Positions 16,243 to 22,062 of a DNA stretch of 36,628 nucleotides are shown here, piece by piece. The stretch lies in IMG/VR virus record IMGVR_UViG_3300020050_011359, positions 1 to 36,628 of that record; one strand, written 5' to 3'. Within the stretch, counting starts at the first letter, position 1, and every line of letters begins with the position of its first letter. The notes under the pieces are model-generated. The model ran no database searches. It was not told the origin of the DNA and saw nothing but the letters and a program-made list of their open reading frames with translations. The translations under genes and the position numbers were made by a program. Source of the stretch: a virus.

Positions 16243-17493
16243 CTATTTGATTCTTGTGATATATTTGCTGGATTTTTGAGCAATATCGAATCTCTCGTCA
16301 ATTTTAAGAATTTGTTCTTCAACCAACTCATCAACCGTTTGATCCCTTAATTTTGATGGCTTAATTTTCGGAAAATTAGCCGCCCTTGAAAATTCAGACC
16401 ACGGAATTGCTTGTCCAATTTTCAAATATTTCTCAATCCTAGTCAGTATCTTTTCTCTAATCTTATTGCTATTTTTCTCTTCTTGATTATCGAATAATCG
16501 CTCAAAGCAAACTTTAGCAGCTGACTCAGTTAAAAATCTAACTAGAGCTTCAGCGTACCTAAAGCATGACTCTGAGACAATACCTTTTTCACTCAAAATG
16601 ATCGCAACCTTGACCGTGTTTTCAAACATCCGCCTATAATAAGCTGACAAAATCGGGTTTGATTTCTCATTTTCCTCGCTGAATATCTTGGCTGTCTCTT
16701 TCAATATTAACGCAAATTCAAGCGCGCCAGAGTCAAACTCAACAACCGTATTTTTAACCCGCAAATACTTACCAACATCGCCCGCCATTTCTTCAGGCTC
16801 GCCTGTTTCTAGGTCAATTACCTCATATATAATTTTATTACTGATTTTCGTATAATACGACTCTTTGCCGACCGTCTTATCTTCTCCAAGAAATATTAGT
16901 ATGCGTGGCAGAAAACCATCTTCCACAAAATCTGAAGATAATGCATCAAAAAAACGTGCGGGCGTACTTGCTGCAAAAAGGGATAACATAGGCTTGTCAA
17001 TGTCAATCCTTTTCTCTTTTGAATATTCCTTGCCACGATATTTTCTTTTTCCCGCTGAATATAAAGCCATGATTGTTGCAAGAATTCGCGCTTCATAGCT
17101 CGCCTTCCCTGTTGCAAGGGCACGTAGGGCGACCCCAAACTCATCCCATATTAACAACTGTCTTGGCTCTCTTGATAATGCGCTTAATATTGCAACGTCA
17201 CTTGCTGGCTCACCCATAAGTAAGTGATCCAGATTACACTCAGCGCAAATTTCTTCGATAACGGATTGACACTGTGATTTACCGGTTGATGTCAAAGCAA
17301 TCGAACAAGAATAAAGATTAGGATTAATCCCGAACTGACTTGTTTCACGCCCTGATTTCAAAGCCCCAACAAAAGAAAGAGCTGCCCCCAATGCAAGACC
17401 AGGCTGATGAAATTCAAGTCGGTCATAAATAAGACGCGCAATTTCACCGGCTAGCCCTGGGCAATTTTTCAAAAATCTTTCAGTTGTGTGCAT
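16243..17493 (-). CDS. DUF3987/SF3-helicase-like replication ATPase, 416 aa
   Basis: Walker A-like LTSTGKSQ and Walker B-like LLIWDEFG. The overall look resembles phage/plasmid DUF3987 (D5/P4-type) proteins. I prefer the ATG at 17493 (acaggacaaaga SD-like) over the GTG at 17523 used in the track. Confidence 0.55.
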   Translation of the reverse strand: MHTTERFLKNCPGLAGEIARLIYDRLEFHQPGLALGAALSFVGALKSGRETSQFGINPNLYSCSIALTSTGKSQCQSVIEEICAECNLDHLLMGEPASDVAILSALSREPRQLLIWDEFGVALRALATGKASYEARILATIMALYSAGKRKYRGKEYSKEKRIDIDKPMLSLFAASTPARFFDALSSDFVEDGFLPRILIFLGEDKTVGKESYYTKISNKIIYEVIDLETGEPEEMAGDVGKYLRVKNTVVEFDSGALEFALILKETAKIFSEENEKSNPILSAYYRRMFENTVKVAIILSEKGIVSESCFRYAEALVRFLTESAAKVCFERLFDNQEEKNSNKIREKILTRIEKYLKIGQAIPWSEFSRAANFPKIKPSKLRDQTVDELVEEQILKIDERFDIAQKSSKYITRIK

Positions 17494-17648
17494 TCTTTGT
17501 CCTGTTTGATGATTTGCTCCCACTCCTTTAATGCATAATTAAGAAAAGCAAGGTACTTTCTGTTGCCTGACTCGCAAGCAGTTAGAAGCTCTTTTTTAAT
17601 GTATTTCAGCATTCGTTCGTCGAAGTCTGATAATTCTTGCGGGCTCAT
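17469..17648 (-). CDS. Small protein, 59 aa (below the ORF-track cutoff)
   Basis: Hand translation gives MSPQELSDFDERMLKYIKKELLTACESGNRKYLAFLNYALKEWEQIIKQDKECTQLKDF. ATGA overlap with the upstream HTH gene stop (17645..17648). It overlaps the ATPase start by 25 nt. Confidence 0.45.
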   Translation of the reverse strand: MSPQELSDFDERMLKYIKKELLTACESGNRKYLAFLNYALKEWEQIIKQDKECTQLKDF

Positions 17649-17869
17649 TTTGCCTTGAAATTGATTGCTTCTAATTCTTGGAAAGTCAAGCCGGTTTTTT
17701 TCATAACAGATTTATAATGCGACATATGCATTTGAGATCTGTTTGTCTGCCATCTCCATATAGTTGAGCGATTAACAGATAAAAGCTTCTTAGTTTTCTC
17801 GATTCCGCCAAGAACAAAAATTAATTCTTTCATAGATGATATTTTTTTCATAAAAACATCTTGCAACAT
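17645..17869 (-). CDS. Cro/YdaS-like helix-turn-helix protein, 74 aa
   Basis: ...LGGIEKTKKLLSVNRSTIWRWQ... is a typical short phage HTH. It is the first gene of the leftward replication operon. The start could instead be the internal MKKISS. Confidence 0.5.
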   Translation of the reverse strand: MLQDVFMKKISSMKELIFVLGGIEKTKKLLSVNRSTIWRWQTNRSQMHMSHYKSVMKKTGLTFQELEAINFKAK

Positions 17870-17896
17870 GATATGATTTAATGCAATAGTCTTTTT

Positions 17897-18124
17897 ATGT
17901 TGATACGAGATTTAAACAATACTTTCTTTTTTACTACCAGCGCTTTTTACGTTACTAACATAAATTCAGCTTTAAGAATTATTAGTAATAACTATAGAGA
18001 AACTGGCGTGATTTGTATTGACGACATAAACCCTCAAGAGGCAATGGATCATATATATAAATGCTACAAGCGAGACGACCGATGCTGTGATTTAAATGAT
18101 TTAAAAAAGGATAAGGCGAAATGA
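17897..18124 (+). CDS. Small Cys-rich protein, 75 aa; paralog of 18315..18572
   Basis: It shares the N-terminus M-x-I-x-D-x-NN-x-x-F and the C-terminal E-x-x-D-x-I-x-x-CY-x-x-x-x-R-x-CDL-x-x-x-K with the 85-aa ORF. Confidence 0.6.
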   Translation: MLIRDLNNTFFFTTSAFYVTNINSALRIISNNYRETGVICIDDINPQEAMDHIYKCYKRDDRCCDLNDLKKDKAK

Positions 18125-18318
18125 GAGGATACATAAATAAAGACTGTCTCGAACTTGGATGTAAAGAGATTTTACTTACACAAACTCCAACAGCATTAAA
18201 TCAAGTTGAAGTTATAATTATACCAATGCTTGAATACTTAGAACTCCAAGAGGCGTGTGAGAAAATCAAGGAATTATGTAAAGAACCAATATTAGTAAAT
18301 AATAAATTTTTAAAATGA
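18121..18318 (+). CDS. Hypothetical protein, 65 aa
   Basis: ATGA-type overlaps with both flanking genes (18121..18124 and 18315..18318). Confidence 0.55.
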   Translation: MRGYINKDCLELGCKEILLTQTPTALNQVEVIIIPMLEYLELQEACEKIKELCKEPILVNNKFLK

Positions 18319-18572
18319 TAATTATAGATAAAGATAACAACATACTTTTTACCAATACATTGATGGGTATTGGTAAATCAATGCAGGACACCAATGCTTT
18401 AATTTTACATTTAAATATAAAGGAATATGTACTATGTCAATTTCCAGATTGTATAACTCAAGATGAATGCATTGATTACATTTGTCAGTGCTATCAAAAC
18501 GAAAATAGAATTTGCGACTTAAGAAATGCCAAGGAGCAAATAGAGGCAAATGAGAAATTTTTAAAAGGATAA
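18315..18572 (+). CDS. Small Cys-rich protein, 85 aa; paralog of 17897..18124
   Basis: See 17897..18124. The motif DECIDYICQCYQNENRICDLRNAK matches QEAMDHIYKCYKRDDRCCDLNDLK. Confidence 0.6.
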   Translation: MIIIDKDNNILFTNTLMGIGKSMQDTNALILHLNIKEYVLCQFPDCITQDECIDYICQCYQNENRICDLRNAKEQIEANEKFLKG

Positions 18573-18575
18573 AAA

Positions 18576-19385
18576 ATGAAAATACAAGACACAAAAATAA
18601 CTAAACCGCCTAAAATATTCCTATTTGGAAAACCAGGCCATGGAAAATCAAGATTTTTCGCATCATGCCCTAACCCGCTGTTTATACAGACAGAAGATAG
18701 GCTGGCACATCTTAGCGTAAAATCAGGAGGCATGATTGATAGCTATCAAGAACTGATTGACCAATTAACATGGGTACGAGATGCCGACCACGATTTTAAA
18801 ACAGTGGTTATTGATACAGGTGACAGCGCGCAGAAATTTATAGAAAAAGAAATATGCAGAATTGCCGGTTGTTCATCAATTACTGATGAGAAAAAACTTG
18901 CTTATTATGTCGGATACGTAAAAGTTGCTGAGAAATGGGAGAAAGAAATATTGCCAATTTTAACAGAGATAAACGAGAAGCGAAAAATGATTGTGGCGAT
19001 TACATCACACCTTACAGTTAGTAAGATTGAGCATCCGCAATATGGAGAACACGATCAATTTCAACCATCAATAGATAAACGCTCTGCAAAAGTAATCAAG
19101 GGTTGGGGTGATATCGTAGCATTTCTTGACATGAGAGCAGGTATAAAAAACCAAGACGAAAAAGAAGAAACCGTACGTTTTCGTGAAAGCTCTCAAAGAG
19201 TATTACGCCTAAGACCACAGCCGTTTTGGGATACAAAAGAATCTTACAACTTACCGGATTATATAGACTTACCAACAGAAAAACCTGGTGAATTTCTAGG
19301 TTGGAAACTATTGGCTGAGGCTATCCGATATGGTGTGGGAGTTAAAGAAGCAAAAAATGAAAATAATGATAAAGGAAAAGAATAA
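18576..19385 (+). CDS. Sak4-like (AAA_24 type) RecA-fold recombination ATPase, 269 aa
   Basis: N-terminal KIFLFGKPGHGKS (Walker A) and VVIDTGD (Walker B). SD aaggat precedes the ATG. The size and the pairing with a downstream DUF669/SSB-like gene are typical. Confidence 0.65.
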   Translation: MKIQDTKITKPPKIFLFGKPGHGKSRFFASCPNPLFIQTEDRLAHLSVKSGGMIDSYQELIDQLTWVRDADHDFKTVVIDTGDSAQKFIEKEICRIAGCSSITDEKKLAYYVGYVKVAEKWEKEILPILTEINEKRKMIVAITSHLTVSKIEHPQYGEHDQFQPSIDKRSAKVIKGWGDIVAFLDMRAGIKNQDEKEETVRFRESSQRVLRLRPQPFWDTKESYNLPDYIDLPTEKPGEFLGWKLLAEAIRYGVGVKEAKNENNDKGKE

Positions 19386-19852
19386 TGAGCGATTTTGATA
19401 AATATGACATAGAAAATTTTGAAGAAGTAACACGCGAGCGAGTAGCCGAAGGTGAATATAATCTTGAAATAATCGATGCAAGCATGGATGAAAAGGACGA
19501 ACTAGTTTTAGTAAAAGTAAAATATGGAATTATTGGCGGAAAGTTTGAAGGGCAATGGCTGTTTGATAATTTTGCAATCTTATGTTTAGCAAATAAAGAT
19601 AGGCAAAATATCGGCAAAGCAATGTTTAAAAGACTGCGTGAGTCTGTTGGTTTAAGCGAAGTTAAAAATGTAAGCGAGCTGATTGGCAAGAAATTGAGAG
19701 CCGAACTTGTTTGGAATGGTAAATTCAATAATCTTAAAAACTATAATGCATTTAATATTAATTCTTATCTTGATGAAAAAAATGCCGAGGTTAGTTCAGG
19801 CTTTGAAGATATGCCGGATAAAGAGGACGATAGTGACGACATTCCTTTCTAA
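19385..19852 (+). CDS. SSB-like (DUF669-type) protein with a bacterial-SSB acidic tail, 155 aa
   Basis: The pattern EGEYNLEIID...VKVKYGIIGGKFEGQWLFDNF fits DUF669. The C-terminus DKEDDSDDIPF matches the DDDIPF partner-binding tip of bacterial SSB. ATGA overlap with the ATPase gene. Confidence 0.6.
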   Translation: MSDFDKYDIENFEEVTRERVAEGEYNLEIIDASMDEKDELVLVKVKYGIIGGKFEGQWLFDNFAILCLANKDRQNIGKAMFKRLRESVGLSEVKNVSELIGKKLRAELVWNGKFNNLKNYNAFNINSYLDEKNAEVSSGFEDMPDKEDDSDDIPF

Positions 19853-19876
19853 AATGGTATTGCAATTCCGTTTTAA

Positions 19877-19920
19877 ATATGACATGCTATGATTATGAAA
19901 AAATGTATAGCATGTCATAT
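19877..19920 (+). promoter_or_regulatory. Perfect 14-bp inverted repeat bracketing the HNH gene start codons
   Basis: atatgacatgctat (19877..19890) and atagcatgtcatat (19907..19920) are exact reverse complements. The 16-nt spacer holds the ATG at 19895, and the ATG at 19889 starts in the left arm. Confidence 0.5.
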
Positions 19921-20356
19921 AGAAAAACCTTTAGATAATTTTCATAAACATCCGCAAATGAAAGATGGACATTTAAATAAATGCAAAGTATGCGTTAATT
20001 TATATGTTCATCAATACAGAAAAGACAATCTAGAATCTATAAGGAAGTATGATCGAGAGAGGGGAAGAACTGAGAAACGTCTTTTTTTAAATAGGGAAAG
20101 AATTAAAAAAAAGAAAAAAGAATATACTGCAATAGGTATTAGATGGAGAGAGCGTAATCCTGATAAAAGAGCGGCGCATGTAATATTGGGTAATGCTGTT
20201 AGAGATAGGCGCATTTTTAAACAACCATGTGAAGTTTGTGGAAATATTAAAGTTGATGGGCATCACGATGATTATACTAAACCACTTGAAGTTAGATGGT
20301 TATGCAGAAAACACCACAAAGAACTTCATAGAAAATATACAGACATCCCTTTCTGA
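19889..20356 (+). CDS. HNH (His-Me finger)/zinc-ribbon protein, 155 aa; paralog of 26458..26859
   Basis: N-terminal CxxC...CxxC. C-terminal KQPCEVCG...GHHDDYTKPLEVRWLCRKHHKELH is the common phage HNH pattern. It ends ...KYTDIPF. Confidence 0.65.
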   Translation: MIMKKCIACHIEKPLDNFHKHPQMKDGHLNKCKVCVNLYVHQYRKDNLESIRKYDRERGRTEKRLFLNRERIKKKKKEYTAIGIRWRERNPDKRAAHVILGNAVRDRRIFKQPCEVCGNIKVDGHHDDYTKPLEVRWLCRKHHKELHRKYTDIPF

Positions 20357-20369
20357 TTGATTGAAACCC

Positions 20370-20402
20370 GTGTTAGCCGAGCGGGGACGATTCGGCTATT
20401 TA
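20370..20402 (+). promoter_or_regulatory. Conserved intergenic motif, copy 1 (GTGTTAGCCGAGC-N9-TCGGC-TATTTA)
   Basis: The 13-mer gtgttagccgagc (20370..20382) recurs at 24469, and with 1 mismatch at 24369. The dyad is tagccga/tcggcta. TTAGCC and TATTTA are spaced like -35/-10 elements. It lies 14 nt after the HNH stop. Confidence 0.45.
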
Positions 20403-20403
20403 T

Positions 20404-20489
20404 GAGCGAGCGACTATGCGCGATAAGGGCTATATATGTTTATAGTTTTTGGACGGCCAGTAACCAATCTGGCCTCGCTCTCTTTTTTT
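20404..20489 (+). ncRNA. Candidate structured small RNA (cloverleaf-like, about 77 nt, plus U-tract)
   Basis: A 7-bp closing stem, gagcgag (20404..20410) with ctcgctc (20474..20480). Internal hairpins are tat/ata, ctata/tatag (20430..20445) and ggccag/ctggcc (20455..20474). These are followed by tc+TTTTTTT (20483..20489). Confidence 0.35.
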
Positions 20490-20505
20490 ATTTGAGGAAA
20501 TAATT

Positions 20506-20682
20506 ATGAGTTGTTTAGGCTATTGTGATGAATGCGGTGAATATGATCGATTAGTTCGATGCTACAAAAATATTTTAATTGATGGCCCGATATTGCTTTG
20601 TTCGGAATGTGAAGTTGAATTCGATGATTTAATGATGAAAGTCTTAACTAAAAAGGAGAACGAGGTTGAGGAAAATATATGA
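20506..20682 (+). CDS. Small zinc-ribbon protein, 58 aa (below the ORF-track cutoff)
   Basis: Hand translation gives MSCLGYCDECGEYDRLVRCYKNILIDGPILLCSECEVEFDDLMMKVLTKKENEVEENI. SD gaggaa lies upstream. ATGA overlap with the next gene at 20679..20682. Confidence 0.6.
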   Translation: MSCLGYCDECGEYDRLVRCYKNILIDGPILLCSECEVEFDDLMMKVLTKKENEVEENI

Positions 20683-20885
20683 GTAGAAAAATAATACAAA
20701 TAACATCTTCATGTTGCAGTGACATGAATGGTTCAGATCTCTTTTTTTTAGACGCTTTATGCGACGATGGTACGGTTTGGGAATATATGCCAACAACTGA
20801 TAGTTGGTTTAAGCTTTCTGATATTCCTCAAGACGAAGAAAAACCACAAGAGGTATTAAATGGAAAAGAGTGTATTGTCAGATAG
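20679..20885 (+). CDS. Hypothetical protein, 68 aa
   Basis: ORF coupled by ATGA to the upstream zinc-ribbon ORF. Confidence 0.55.
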   Translation: MSRKIIQITSSCCSDMNGSDLFFLDALCDDGTVWEYMPTTDSWFKLSDIPQDEEKPQEVLNGKECIVR

Positions 20886-21114
20886 AGAAGTTCTTAAAGC
20901 GTTCATGGATTTTAGAATTCAAATAAAGTGGTTAGAAGCCGAGAATCTAATGTTACGGGAAAGAGTGATAAAAGAAGAAGGCTATGAATCTAAAGCATGG
21001 CAAGCTGGCTGGGATAATTGCAGTAAAAAAAGACGTGACCGCGACAAATGCTTCAATTATCAGGAGTGGAAAAAAAGACAACACACTTTAGAATATTCAA
21101 GAAGAGATATATGA
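20860..21114 (+). CDS. Hypothetical protein, 84 aa
   Basis: The ATG at 20860 is preceded by agaggt (SD). It overlaps the upstream ORF by 26 nt. Confidence 0.55.
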   Translation: MEKSVLSDREVLKAFMDFRIQIKWLEAENLMLRERVIKEEGYESKAWQAGWDNCSKKRRDRDKCFNYQEWKKRQHTLEYSRRDI

Positions 21115-21392
21115 GCCGAACATTTACATGTGATATATGCGGGACGCATAGATGGGATACGGAAAATAATTGTCCTGTTTGTATAGGGCATTGCGAAAAA
21201 ACCGAAGATGAAAAGAAATACGAAATAATCGAGCCTTATATATGCCAAAAATGCCATAAAACATATGGGAAAACAAATTTAGAATATGAGAAATGCGCCA
21301 TATATGTAACGTGTGACTGTGGTTCTAAGGAGGAGATTTATATAGTAAACACTAACAACATTAAAACCACTTTAATCGTTGACAACTTGTAA
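21111..21392 (+). CDS. Cys-rich (multi-CxxC) zinc-finger-like protein, 93 aa
   Basis: I prefer the ATG at 21111 (ATGA overlap with the upstream stop) over the track start at 21048. The sequence is MSRTFTCDICG...CPVCIGHC...CQKCH...CDCG. Confidence 0.55.
   Translation: MSRTFTCDICGTHRWDTENNCPVCIGHCEKTEDEKKYEIIEPYICQKCHKTYGKTNLEYEKCAIYVTCDCGSKEEIYIVNTNNIKTTLIVDNL
21369..21386 (+). repeat. 18-bp direct repeat, left copy (actttaatcgttgacaac)
   Basis: Identical 18-mer at 21678..21695. Both contain TTGACA. Together they bracket the 95-aa ORF. Confidence 0.9.
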
Positions 21393-21396
21393 CCAT

Positions 21397-21684
21397 ATGA
21401 CAAAACCATACGTAAGATTAATAGACCCCTTCCCTTATCCGTCAATTAACGGATTAAAAGCCCTCCCTGAAAAATATTATTGGGTTGGCTACATTAAAAA
21501 CCGTAGACATATCAGCGAAGATATAGAAAACGAAGAAGAAGCATTAGGCAAATTTTTAACATTAAAGAGTAAATATAAGTCAGCTTTTATGCTTCTCATT
21601 AATGCACCAACAGTTGGAACGCTAGGCGGAATTGATAGATCGAACACTAGTGATCATCGTTGGTTCAGGAATAATAAACTTTAA
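21397..21684 (+). CDS. Hypothetical early protein, 95 aa, with a capsid-derived C-terminal peptide
   Basis: I prefer the ATG at 21397 (the track uses TTG at 21379). The C-terminus PTVGTLGGIDRSNTSDHRWFRNNKL parallels MCP residues PTTGTVGGIDRSSANAAWFRNQKF. The DNA core ggcggaattgatagatc (21625..21641) matches the MCP gene at 16/17 positions. Confidence 0.55.
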   Translation: MTKPYVRLIDPFPYPSINGLKALPEKYYWVGYIKNRRHISEDIENEEEALGKFLTLKSKYKSAFMLLINAPTVGTLGGIDRSNTSDHRWFRNNKL

Positions 21685-21695
21685 TCGTTGACAAC
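21678..21695 (+). repeat. 18-bp direct repeat, right copy
   Basis: Identical to 21369..21386. Confidence 0.9.
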
Positions 21696-21716
21696 AAACA
21701 ACAATCAACGTATAAG
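21688..21716 (+). promoter_or_regulatory. Sigma70-type promoter candidate
   Basis: TTGACA (21688..21693), a 17-nt spacer, then TATAAG (21711..21716). It lies 26 nt upstream of the ATG at 21742, which has an aaaggaa SD. Confidence 0.45.
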
Positions 21717-21741
21717 ATAACAAACCATAAAGGAAATAAAT

Positions 21742-22041
21742 ATGAAACAATTTGTAATTAGACATGGAGATGTGATTGTCCGTTCAACAAACGAAACAAT
21801 TCAAGGTAAAGAGAAAAAAGATAAGGCGTTAGCTTATGGAGAAGTGACAGGACATTCACATAGAATGAAGGGTAATTCTCAAGTTTTTGAGTTTAACAAT
21901 AAAATGTATTTAAAAGTTTTGTCAGAATTAGATTGTTTGACTCATGAAGAACACGGCAATATTGAAATTCCTCAAGGAGATTATGAGGTAATCATTCAGC
22001 GTGATTATATTCCAGGCGGATGGGTAAAGGTTATTGATTAA
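21742..22041 (+). CDS. Hypothetical protein, 99 aa (GEVTGHSH...HEEHG motif)
   Basis: ORF with a good SD. The His-rich motifs GEVTGHSH and THEEHG recall a recurrent phage family of unknown function. Confidence 0.6.
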   Translation: MKQFVIRHGDVIVRSTNETIQGKEKKDKALAYGEVTGHSHRMKGNSQVFEFNNKMYLKVLSELDCLTHEEHGNIEIPQGDYEVIIQRDYIPGGWVKVID

Positions 22042-22062
22042 TAAAAATATAATTGGGGATAT

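Noticed and set aside
20402-20503. A 33-codon ORF (MSERLCAIRAIYVYSFWTASNQSGLALFFYLRK) spanning the candidate small RNA.
   Set aside because: It has no SD and its hydrophobic, low-information sequence reads straight through the hairpins and the T-tract. It is kept only as the alternative hypothesis to the ncRNA call.
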